From NCBI GenBank assembly GCA_949289935.1, contig CASEQD010000002.1:1847-65846 (forward strand): DNA of 64,000 bases. Direction: 5' to 3'. This document shows, piece after piece, positions 17,976 through 25,529 of this stretch. This DNA comes from an uncultured Pseudomonadota bacterium. GTDB taxonomy: Bacteria; Pseudomonadota; Alphaproteobacteria; RF32; CAG-239. Position numbers and translations under genes: made by a program. The notes below the pieces were generated by a model. It ran no database searches and was not told the DNA's origin. It was given only the letters and a program-made list of their open reading frames with translations. Position 1 is the stretch's first letter. The number at the start of each line of letters is the position of its first letter.

Positions 17976-18428
17976 ATGAAAAAGAAAAAATTTCAAGGAA
18001 GTGTCAAATTTGACATTTTGTATGCCGGTGGTGAAATTTCGGAAAATTTGATTCCGGGGAAGAAAATTGAAGCAGTTGCTTATAACGGGTATGCAGTTTG
18101 GGCAGAAGATGTTCCGGAGTGGTTTACCAGCGAGGAAGCGGCTGAAAAGGTGAAGAATTTTTCTATCGGCGGGCAGGTTTGCAATTTGGGGCCTGATGGA
18201 TTTTGGACATCAATTAAGTTTGTCTCGGATGAGTTGAAACAGTTTATGTTAGGAATTCGTGTTGCACCCATCAGAGGCGCCGTGTGGACAGAAAAGCTTC
18301 GGGACGGGGACGTGAATAAAAGGGTTTTTGTTTATCCTGATACCGGGGAATTTGGCGCACAGAACAGAGAGACGAACTTTATCCGTCCGGTGGTTCGGGT
18401 GGCCGACTGTTCATTAAAGCGGATTTGA
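17976..18428 (+). CDS. hypothetical protein with DUF1566/Lcl-C-like motifs and no signal peptide
   Basis: WFTSEEAAEKVKNFSIGGQVC..., GAVWTEK...VFVYPDTGEFG...FIRPVVRV. It shares GKKI(K/E)(G/A)V with the 9949 protein. The start is the ATG at 17976; the ORF track begins at 17940. Confidence 0.4.
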   Translation: MKKKKFQGSVKFDILYAGGEISENLIPGKKIEAVAYNGYAVWAEDVPEWFTSEEAAEKVKNFSIGGQVCNLGPDGFWTSIKFVSDELKQFMLGIRVAPIRGAVWTEKLRDGDVNKRVFVYPDTGEFGAQNRETNFIRPVVRVADCSLKRI

Positions 18429-18449
18429 GATGAAATTTTTTGTGTAAAG

Positions 18450-18484
18450 AAAGGGTTCCGGGATTTGTCCGGAGCCCTTTTTTT
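18450..18484. terminator. bidirectional intrinsic terminator
   Basis: GGGTTCCGG / CCGGAGCCC stem (one G-U pair) followed by T7, with an A-rich 5' flank, between convergent genes. Confidence 0.6.
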
Positions 18485-18498
18485 GTTAGGAAGTGCTT

Positions 18499-19368
18499 CT
18501 AAAATTCAAAGTAGTTCCATACATATACACCTGTATCAAAAAGGTCTATGGGAATTTCTTGTAATTCCGATGTTTCAAATTTTAACTGAGATTCTGGAGC
18601 ATAATAATCCATTCTTATGCTGTATCCCCATAATACATTTGCGGCGCCTGATACGGCAGCGTTGGTGCTGAATGTCCGGAAATTTTGCCATTCGAAACCA
18701 TCAAAGGAGGTCAGTCCGGCTCTGGTAAGTTTGTGTGCTATTTCCGTTAAATTGTTTATTAGAGACTTTGCTACGCCGCCGGGTATGCCGATTTCCCGAA
18801 AATTTGAATTGAAATTGTTTTCAGCTTCGGTTTTTGTGAGTTTTGGCAGATTATTGTAATAATTGTTGGTTAAAACATAGGAATTAACGGATGATCTACC
18901 GATATAACCGGTTACGGCATATCCGCCGCCGCCGGGTTTTGTGTAGGCAACCACGCCTTTGGGGGTTTTTGAACTGTCAAAGTTGTAGGAGCAGGTATCG
19001 TCGGTGTAATAAATGTATCCGATTTGACATTTGGGAAGAGTTTTACTGCAGGTTCCGTTGTTCCATTCATATCCGGCAGCGCAGTTGCAGAAAGTGTATT
19101 TTCCATTGCAGGCTCCGGTTAACGGCTTTTTTTGATTGGTTCCGGTGCAAGTGTATTTGTATGACGTACCGCATTTTTCTTCCGGGCACGCCCAATACTC
19201 GCCGAACGGGCATTTCAGGCAATTTTCTTTGTTGGTTGTTTCTGTATAACCCAAAGCAGAACAGTCTTTATTTTCCACGCACTGGGCAAAAGCGGAAATT
19301 GGGAACATAAAAGAAGAAGCCAGCAGGGTAAAATATACCTTTTTGCCGGCGGAAAGAATCACACGCAT
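18499..19368 (-). CDS. secreted Cys-rich protein, paralog B (family N-terminal module with a divergent C-terminal region)
   Basis: MRVILSAGKKVYFTLLASSFMFPISAFA-QCVENKDCSALGY...KCPFGEYWACPEE. An AFA-Q signal-peptidase site is present, and the C-terminus ends ...VWNYFEF. Confidence 0.6.
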   Translation of the reverse strand: MRVILSAGKKVYFTLLASSFMFPISAFAQCVENKDCSALGYTETTNKENCLKCPFGEYWACPEEKCGTSYKYTCTGTNQKKPLTGACNGKYTFCNCAAGYEWNNGTCSKTLPKCQIGYIYYTDDTCSYNFDSSKTPKGVVAYTKPGGGGYAVTGYIGRSSVNSYVLTNNYYNNLPKLTKTEAENNFNSNFREIGIPGGVAKSLINNLTEIAHKLTRAGLTSFDGFEWQNFRTFSTNAAVSGAANVLWGYSIRMDYYAPESQLKFETSELQEIPIDLFDTGVYVWNYFEF

Positions 19369-19451
19369 TTCATCCTCCTCCTCCACACTTTATCATCACT
19401 GATTTTAGTGTAACATGAATTTTCTAATTGTTCAATCATTATTTTCATGCA
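19177..19451 (-). repeat. conserved 5' module of the secreted-protein family, copy B
   Basis: The reverse complement aligns with 10861-11145 and with the reverse complement of 44735-45002. It includes TTGAAC-17-TACACT and the signal-peptide codons. Confidence 0.8.
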
Positions 19452-19498
19452 GAAATGAAAAAAATGAAGAGGATTTTTTTTGATTCATACCCCACCCG

Positions 19499-19518
19499 CC
19501 TCCCCTACTCAGGGGAGG
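19499..19518. repeat. perfect hairpin CCTCCCCT-ACTC-AGGGGAGG
   Basis: 8-bp stem with a 4-nt loop. The identical hairpin occurs at 45155-45174. Half-sites TACTCAGGGGAGG recur at 19533-19545 and 19663-19675. Confidence 0.85.
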
Positions 19519-19579
19519 AAAAATGGAGAGGATACTCAGGGGAGGGATATAAGGAGTAAAGCAAAGCTGCTTCGGTCAA

Positions 19580-19636
19580 CTGAATTGTAACGATTGTTTC
19601 CTTAGGCTGCCGCCTGTTCACAATCTAACAATTCAG
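19580..19636. other. long imperfect hairpin in an intergenic region
   Basis: cTGAATTGT (19580-19588) pairs with ACAATTCAg (19628-19636). GATTGT (19592-19597) pairs with ACAATC (19620-19625). The loop is 22 nt. Confidence 0.6.
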
Positions 19637-19701
19637 ACTCTGTCGTTGAAAAACAATTGATGTACTCAGGGGAGGAAACGATTGTTGCTTTTTGATTTTT
19701 C

Positions 19702-19730
19702 TTGATTATCAAAGGTTTTCACGTTATAAA
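19702..19730 (+). promoter_or_regulatory. sigma70-like promoter of rbfA-truB
   Basis: TTGATT, a 17-nt spacer, then TATAAA, 31 nt upstream of the rbfA ATG. Confidence 0.5.
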
Positions 19731-19760
19731 GTAAGCAGTTTTGATTTGAGGAGAAAATTT

Positions 19761-20150
19761 ATGGCAGAAAAAGAGCCGTCCCAGCGTCAGCTGCGGGTGG
19801 GACAGGAAATAAAGAAAATTATTGCCAACCAGATTCAGCGGGATGAAATTCGCAATCTGCAGGGAATTGATACGCTGGTTACGGTTATGGAAGTCAGGGT
19901 GTCGCCGGATTTGAAATATGCGACCGTATATGTGATTACCTCGGATAAAAGCACCGAACAGGCCGTTATCGGCGGATTGCAACTGGCGGCGAATTATTTG
20001 CGCAAAGTGATTATTTCCAAAACAGACCTGCGGTATGTGCCGGAGCTGAGCTTTCGGATAGACAAGACATTTGAAGAAGTCGACAAGATTGAAAAATTGT
20101 TAAGAGATCCGAAAGTTAAACAGGATTTGGATCACAAGGAACAGAATTAA
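19761..20150 (+). CDS. rbfA: ribosome-binding factor A
   Basis: RQLRVGQEIKKIIANQIQRDEIRN..., VTVMEVRVSPDLKYATVYV. GAGGAG RBS. The ORF track extends to 19692. Confidence 0.85.
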   Translation: MAEKEPSQRQLRVGQEIKKIIANQIQRDEIRNLQGIDTLVTVMEVRVSPDLKYATVYVITSDKSTEQAVIGGLQLAANYLRKVIISKTDLRYVPELSFRIDKTFEEVDKIEKLLRDPKVKQDLDHKEQN

Positions 20151-20160
20151 AAAGGTTTTT

Positions 20161-21069
20161 ATGAAGCATAATAAAGGCGAAGACATAAACGGCTGGCTGG
20201 TGGTGGATAAGCCGCGGGGTATGGGTTCAACCGAAGTGGTGCGGCGGACGAAGCGTTTGTTTCATGCTAAAAAGAACGGACATGCGGGGACGCTTGATCC
20301 TTTTGCCACGGGATTGCTTCCGGTGGCTTTCGGCGAGGCGACCAAGCTTTTGCCTTTTGTTACCGACGGGGTTAAAGAATATGAATTTGTTTTGCAGTTC
20401 GGCGCTTCGACGGATACGGATGATTCCGACGGGAAAGAAATTTCCCGTTGCGGAAAATTTCCGACCCGGGCGGAAATAGAGGCGGTTATTCCGTTTTTTC
20501 TGGGGCGGATTGTTCAGGTGCCGCCGGCTTATTCCGCAATTAAAATAAACGGCTGCCGTGCTTATGAACTGGCTCGAAAAGGAATCGAGACAGAACTTTC
20601 CGGACGCGAGGTGGAAATTTATGATTTGAAATTGACGGAAGAGCTTCCGAATCATCAGGCCAGATTTTATGTGAAGTGTTCAAAGGGAACTTATGTGCGT
20701 ACGCTGGGCAAAGATATTGCCCTTAAACTTGGTTCTTTGGGGTATTTGCAGGAGCTGCGGCGTACAAAATGCGGAATTTTTGATTTGAAGCATAAAATTT
20801 TGCTGGAAAATTTGGAAAATATCGTGTATGGTGAAGACCTTAAAAAGTTTTTGCTTCCGATTGAAACATTTCTGTGCGACATCACGGTTATTGCGGTTTC
20901 GGAAGCAGATGCCGCCAAACTCAGAAAAGGGCAGGCAATTTCTCCGAAGGCTTATGATGTGTCAAAGCCGGCAGGAGAGGAAGTTGTTGCTGTTTTTGAA
21001 GGAAAGCCGGCGGCAATAGTGCGAATCGATGAGCGGAAAATTGCTCCGGTTCGAGTGTTTAATCTTTAA
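20161..21069 (+). CDS. truB: tRNA pseudouridine(55) synthase TruB
   Basis: [13 protein letters not shown]..., [22 protein letters not shown] catalytic Asp motif. Confidence 0.9.
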   Translation: MKHNKGEDINGWLVVDKPRGMGSTEVVRRTKRLFHAKKNGHAGTLDPFATGLLPVAFGEATKLLPFVTDGVKEYEFVLQFGASTDTDDSDGKEISRCGKFPTRAEIEAVIPFFLGRIVQVPPAYSAIKINGCRAYELARKGIETELSGREVEIYDLKLTEELPNHQARFYVKCSKGTYVRTLGKDIALKLGSLGYLQELRRTKCGIFDLKHKILLENLENIVYGEDLKKFLLPIETFLCDITVIAVSEADAAKLRKGQAISPKAYDVSKPAGEEVVAVFEGKPAAIVRIDERKIAPVRVFNL

Positions 21070-21088
21070 AAAAATAAAGGAAATAAAG

Positions 21089-21361
21089 ATGTCGTCTATT
21101 ACAAGCGAAGAAAAAAAAGAAATTGTAAGCAAATTCGGTTTGAATCCGAATGATACGGGTTCTCCGGAAGTTCAGATTGCTATCTGGACAGCCAGAATCA
21201 ACAAGCTTATCGGGCATTTCAATGTTCATAACAAAGATTTGCATTCCCGTTTGGGCCTGATGAAAATGGTCAGCCGCCGCCGGCACCTTCTTGATTATCT
21301 GAAAGGTAAGGACAACAACAGATATCAGGAAATTATCAAAAAGCTGGATCTGCGTAAATAA
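21089..21361 (+). CDS. rpsO: 30S ribosomal protein S15
   Basis: [48 protein letters not shown]. Confidence 0.9.
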   Translation: MSSITSEEKKEIVSKFGLNPNDTGSPEVQIAIWTARINKLIGHFNVHNKDLHSRLGLMKMVSRRRHLLDYLKGKDNNRYQEIIKKLDLRK

Positions 21362-21371
21362 ATTTTAAAGT

Positions 21372-21420
21372 CGGGAGCCGTTCCGGCAGTTTTTGGCGGG
21401 GCTCCCGGCTTTGGTGTTTT
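21372..21420 (+). terminator. rpsO terminator / pnp leader hairpin
   Basis: CGGGAGCC (21372-21379) pairs with GGCTCCCG (21400-21407), followed by a T-rich tract. Confidence 0.5.
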
Positions 21421-21503
21421 GTTATAATTATTGTGCTTTATATTAAAATCCCGGAGCAGACCAATTTCGGGTGAGGTTTTATAAAGATGTTTGAAAAGAT
21501 GAA

Positions 21504-23642
21504 ATGAAAGGTAAAAGAAATATGGTCGAGTTGAATGTTTGCCGCAAAGAAATGGAATGGGGCGGCAGAAAGTTAGTGTTGGAAACAGGTAAAATTGCCA
21601 AACAGGCACAAGGAGCCGTGGAAGCAACTTACGGAGGAACGACGGTTTTGGCTACGGTATGTGCTGCGAAAGAGGCTGCGCCCGATCAGGATTTCTTTCC
21701 TTTAACCGTTAATTATCAGGAAAAATATTATGCGACCGGAAAAGTTCCGGGCGGCTTTATGAAAAGGGAGGGAAAACCCTCCGAGCGCGAGGTGTTGATT
21801 TCGCGTTTGATAGACCGTCCTATCCGCCCGTTGTTTCCCGATGCTTTTAAAAATGAAGTACAGGTTATTTGTACGGTTTTGTCGCATGACCAGCAGACGG
21901 ATTCAGACGTGGTGGCAATGATTGCCGCTTCGGCTGCGCTGGCTGTTTCCGGAATTCCTTTTCTCGGGCCTATCGGTGCGGCTAAAATCGGTTATAAAGA
22001 CGGGCAGTATATTTTGAATCCGACTGTTGAACAACAGAAAGAATCGTTGCTTGAGCTTTCTGTTGCCGGAACATCGGAAGGTGTGCTGATGGTGGAATCG
22101 GAAGCTCAGGAATTGTCCGAAGAAACTATGCTGGGCGCCGTTATGTTTGGTTTTGAAAATTTTCAGCCGGTTATTAAGATGATTAATGAAATGGTTGAAG
22201 AAGCCGGCAAACCCAAATGGGAAACGCCTGTGTTTCCGCCGGAATTTGATGCTTTATATGAAAAGCTGGAAAAAGGTTTTATCTCCCGGTTTGAAGAAGC
22301 TTTTAAGGAAACGGATAAACTGAAACGCGGCGAATTGGTCGGGCAGGCTTCGGAAGCTTTTAAAGAAACGCTGGATCCGGAAAATGAGTTTGAGCAAAAA
22401 TATGCGCAGGACGCAATTGAAAAATTGATGCATAAAGTTGTCAGGGAGAAGGTTTTGACGACAGGACGCCGGATTGACGGGCGTGATACCAAAACCGTCC
22501 GGCCTATCTGGTGTGAAGTTGATGTTTTGCCAATGACGCACGGATCCGCCATTTTTACCCGCGGTGAGACGCAGGCTCTGGTGGTTACGACGCTGGGAAC
22601 GGGAGAAGACGCCCAGGTTGTCGACGGGTTGATGGATGAGTATAAGGAAGATTTTATGCTTAATTATAATTTTCCGCCTTTTTCCGTCGGGGAATGCGGC
22701 CGTTTGGGGAGTCCGGGACGTCGTGAAATCGGTCATGGAAAGCTGGCCTGGCGCGCCATTCATCCGATGATGCCGAAAAACAAAGATACCTTTCCCTATA
22801 CAGTCCGTGTTGTTTCGGAAATTTTGGAATCCAACGGTTCTTCTTCCATGGCGACAGTTTGCGGTTCGACTTTGTCGCTGATGGCAGCCGGCGTTCCTTT
22901 GGCAAAACCTGTTGCCGGTATTGCGATGGGGCTGATTAAGGAAGATGACGGCCGGGTTGCCGTGTTGACGGATATTCTGGGAGATGAAGATCATCTCGGG
23001 GATATGGACTTTAAGGTTGCCGGAACGAAAGACGGGGTTACGGCTTTGCAAATGGATATTAAGATTACATCCATTACCAAAGAGATTATGCAGACGGCTT
23101 TGGCTCAGGCACACGAAGGACGTATACATATTCTGGGCGAAATGGCAAAAGCAATTGCCGAGCCTCGTCCGCATGTATCTGACAGGGCGCCGCGGATTGT
23201 TGCCATCAAGATTCCGGTTGATAAAATCCGGGAAGTTATTGGTTCCGGTGGAAAAGTTATCAGGGAAATTACCGATACAACACATTGCAAAATTGATATT
23301 AATGATGACGGGGTTATCAAGATTGCCTCTTTGAAAAAAGAGGACGGGGATGCCGCACTTAACTGGATTATGGGAATTGTGGCCGAGCCGGAAGAAGGTA
23401 AGATTTATCACGGTGTGATTACCAAAATTATGGATTTCGGCGCATTTGTCCGTTTCCTTGGACAGACGGAGGGGCTGGTTCATATTTCCGAGGTGAAAAA
23501 TGAACGTATTGCTTCCGTTTCTGATTTCTATAAGGAAGGCGATCAGATCTGGGTTAAATGCCTAGGGACGGATAACCGCGGAAAGGTTAAACTTTCGGCT
23601 AAGAGAGTGAATCAGGAAACAGGGGAAGATTTGGAAAAATAA
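21504..23642 (+). CDS. pnp: polyribonucleotide nucleotidyltransferase (PNPase)
   Basis: 712 aa with two RNase PH domains, a KH domain and an S1 domain ([18 protein letters not shown]). The true start may be the ATG at 21522 (MVELNV...). Confidence 0.95.
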   Translation: MKGKRNMVELNVCRKEMEWGGRKLVLETGKIAKQAQGAVEATYGGTTVLATVCAAKEAAPDQDFFPLTVNYQEKYYATGKVPGGFMKREGKPSEREVLISRLIDRPIRPLFPDAFKNEVQVICTVLSHDQQTDSDVVAMIAASAALAVSGIPFLGPIGAAKIGYKDGQYILNPTVEQQKESLLELSVAGTSEGVLMVESEAQELSEETMLGAVMFGFENFQPVIKMINEMVEEAGKPKWETPVFPPEFDALYEKLEKGFISRFEEAFKETDKLKRGELVGQASEAFKETLDPENEFEQKYAQDAIEKLMHKVVREKVLTTGRRIDGRDTKTVRPIWCEVDVLPMTHGSAIFTRGETQALVVTTLGTGEDAQVVDGLMDEYKEDFMLNYNFPPFSVGECGRLGSPGRREIGHGKLAWRAIHPMMPKNKDTFPYTVRVVSEILESNGSSSMATVCGSTLSLMAAGVPLAKPVAGIAMGLIKEDDGRVAVLTDILGDEDHLGDMDFKVAGTKDGVTALQMDIKITSITKEIMQTALAQAHEGRIHILGEMAKAIAEPRPHVSDRAPRIVAIKIPVDKIREVIGSGGKVIREITDTTHCKIDINDDGVIKIASLKKEDGDAALNWIMGIVAEPEEGKIYHGVITKIMDFGAFVRFLGQTEGLVHISEVKNERIASVSDFYKEGDQIWVKCLGTDNRGKVKLSAKRVNQETGEDLEK

Positions 23643-23661
23643 GTTTTCCCGTTTAGTTAAA

Positions 23662-23686
23662 GGTCCGGTAAAAACGGGCCTTTTTT
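23662..23686 (+). terminator. intrinsic terminator after pnp
   Basis: GGTCCG / CGGGCC stem (one G-U pair) followed by T6. Confidence 0.55.
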
Positions 23687-23687
23687 A

Positions 23688-23716
23688 TTGACTTTTTTAT
23701 GGATTTTTTTTAAGGT
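23688..23716 (+). promoter_or_regulatory. possible promoter of the ORFan at 23756
   Basis: TTGACT, a 17-nt spacer, then TAAGGT. It abuts the terminator T-tract, as at 9881 and 17907. Confidence 0.35.
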
Positions 23717-23755
23717 AAGGCGTTTTTTGTATTATTAATTTAATTTTTTATTGTT

Positions 23756-24232
23756 ATGTTTTTCTTTATTATTTTTGTTTTGCTGCTGTTAATTTGCTGG
23801 AGCAGCCTGCTGGTTATTCTGCTGAAAAAGCCTGTTTGCAATTTTAAGTCCAGAAACAGGATTATTTTCTTTTTGTATGGTGTTGCTTTGGTTAATGTCA
23901 TCATTGCGGCAATCTGTGATTCTTATTTTTTCTTTCTGAACGGAAATTGCCTTGTCGTTGCATTGCTTTCAGTCCTTCCGGTTATGTTTGGAAGTATTTT
24001 GCTGAAAAGGTATTTTTCGGAGAAATTGTCGGAAAGTTTTTTTCCGTTCAGAGTCGGTCGGATTGTTGACGGGCGTATTTTCGGAAAGGTTTTGGTGGAT
24101 GACCTTCATATGGTGGTTGACGCCGAATTGGTTGCTTTTCCCGATGAGATGCCTCTTGTCGGGCAGAAATTGTGGGTTGACGTGAAAAACAGCAATGTTG
24201 ATCTGCCGTTTGCGACGGTTGTTTTGCATTAA
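23756..24232 (+). CDS. hypothetical membrane protein (about 3 TM segments plus a small C-terminal beta-rich domain, possibly NfeD-like)
   Basis: Hydrophobic N-terminal 85 aa. The C-terminus reads GRIVDGRIFGKVLVDD...LVGQKLWVDV. It has its own promoter-like and terminator-like signals. Confidence 0.4.
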   Translation: MFFFIIFVLLLLICWSSLLVILLKKPVCNFKSRNRIIFFLYGVALVNVIIAAICDSYFFFLNGNCLVVALLSVLPVMFGSILLKRYFSEKLSESFFPFRVGRIVDGRIFGKVLVDDLHMVVDAELVAFPDEMPLVGQKLWVDVKNSNVDLPFATVVLH

Positions 24233-24248
24233 GGGCAGAAAAGAAAAG

Positions 24249-24273
24249 GTTCGGCTTGAAGCCGGACTTTTTT
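24249..24273 (+). terminator. intrinsic terminator
   Basis: GTTCGGC / GCCGGAC stem followed by T6. Confidence 0.55.
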
Positions 24274-24402
24274 GTTTGAAAAAAGCTTTTTGCAGAAAAT
24301 GCTTGAAATTTTGAAAAAAAGTGGTACAAAAAGAGAGCTTTGCGGACACCCCTGGAGGTACGCGGGGCGATTGTTTGAATTTTATTGAAGGAAAATTGTA
24401 AA

Positions 24403-24693
24403 ATGGCTGATTTGATTTTTAATGCAAAAAAGCGTGAAACAGCAGGTAAGGGGGCAGCTCGCGCATGTCGTCGTGAAGGGCGCATTCCTGCCGTTATTTA
24501 TGGCGGAAAACAAGAACCGGTTATGATTAGTCTGGATCCGGTTCAGGTTGAAAAAGCTCTGGATATGAGAGGGTTGTATAATTTTGCCATAGACGTTGAT
24601 GTTGAAGGCAAAAAATATTCCGTTAAATGTCAGGATGTTCAATTTCATCCGGTGTCGGATAAGGCAATCCATGTTGACTTTCTCAGAAAATAA
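24403..24693 (+). CDS. rplY: 50S ribosomal protein L25, single-domain (short) form
   Basis: MADLIFNAKKRETAGKGAARACRREGRIPAVIYG... ending ...AIHVDFLRK after about 96 codons. It lies upstream of pth. Confidence 0.8.
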   Translation: MADLIFNAKKRETAGKGAARACRREGRIPAVIYGGKQEPVMISLDPVQVEKALDMRGLYNFAIDVDVEGKKYSVKCQDVQFHPVSDKAIHVDFLRK

Positions 24694-24917
24694 TTTGAAA
24701 GCTATGTTATACCGGTTATAAATTTGTTTGTGCGTCTTTGGGTTGTGCACGTCTGTAAGAGATAATTTGTATAACGGGTTATTAATACAGAAATGCGGGG
24801 TGAAAGTGTTTCTTACCTACTTCTATTTAGGCTTTGGTACTTTCGCCCTTGTTTCTTATTTAATTCAGCTCTCCAGGTTATTTTAGACAAAGAGGTTTCC
24901 GTTGAGGAGAGAATGAG

Positions 24918-25490
24918 ATGTTTTTGATTGTCGGTTTGGGCAATCCCGGTGCAGAATATGCGGCTACCCGGCACAATGTGGGGTTTATGATTGCGGATGT
25001 TTTGCATGAAAAATATGAATTTGGTGTTTTTCGGGCAAAATTTGACGGGATGATTGCCGAAGGAAAAATCGGTAATGAGAAAGTTTATCTGCTTAAGCCT
25101 CAGACGTTTATGAATCTTTCGGGAAATTCCGTAGTGAAGGCAGTGCAGTTTTATAAAATTCCGCCGCAGAACGTGATTGTTATTCATGATGATATGGATT
25201 TGCCGGTTGGAAAATTAAAAGCCAAGACCGGCGGCGGTGCCGGCGGACATAATGGTTTGAAATCAATAGACGCAGCAATTACACCGAATTATAACCGGAT
25301 CAGAATCGGCGTCGGACATCCGCAGGGGCATGGCGATGATGTTGTGAATTATGTTTTGGGAGGATTTTCCAAGGCGGATAAGGAAAAAATTGACGAAATG
25401 GCGGATTTGATTGCAGAAACGCTACCGGTGTTGTTGGAAAAAGGGATGGCGCAATATTCCAACCTTATCGGGATAAAAAATAAAAAGTAA
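24918..25490 (+). CDS. pth: peptidyl-tRNA hydrolase
   Basis: LIVGLGNPGAEYAATRHNVGF, GGHNGLKSI motifs. Confidence 0.9.
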   Translation: MFLIVGLGNPGAEYAATRHNVGFMIADVLHEKYEFGVFRAKFDGMIAEGKIGNEKVYLLKPQTFMNLSGNSVVKAVQFYKIPPQNVIVIHDDMDLPVGKLKAKTGGGAGGHNGLKSIDAAITPNYNRIRIGVGHPQGHGDDVVNYVLGGFSKADKEKIDEMADLIAETLPVLLEKGMAQYSNLIGIKNKK

Positions 25491-25529
25491 AGTTTGAAAT
25501 TATTATTGTGTTATTTAATTGTTATAATT

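Noticed and set aside
18499-19386. Upstream GTG starts giving MEEEDEM.../MEDEM... N-termini for the secreted paralogs (ORF-track starts 19386 and 44938)
   Set aside because: The GTG overlaps the GGAGG Shine-Dalgarno sequence. The ATG 12-18 nt downstream (MRVILSAGK...) has proper RBS spacing and yields a canonical signal peptide.
9828-19760. Classical mobile element (IS, prophage or integrative island) as the cause of the accessory islets
   Set aside because: I recognised no transposase, integrase, phage or conjugation gene, no tRNA attachment site and no long terminal inverted repeats. Only short direct or hairpin repeats are present, and these are reported separately.
22254-23483. 409-aa antisense ORF inside pnp. 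Similar long antisense ORFs occur inside leuS (34127-35299, 390 aa), infB (7866-8612), gmk (423-1169), the AsmA gene (58993-59598) and the SPOR lipoprotein gene (50180-50770).
   Set aside because: Each lies opposite a confidently identified conserved gene and has an Arg/Phe/Asn-rich, motif-free composition. The likely cause is that sense codons TTA, CTA and TCA are rare, which leaves one antisense frame free of stops. They are not independent genes.
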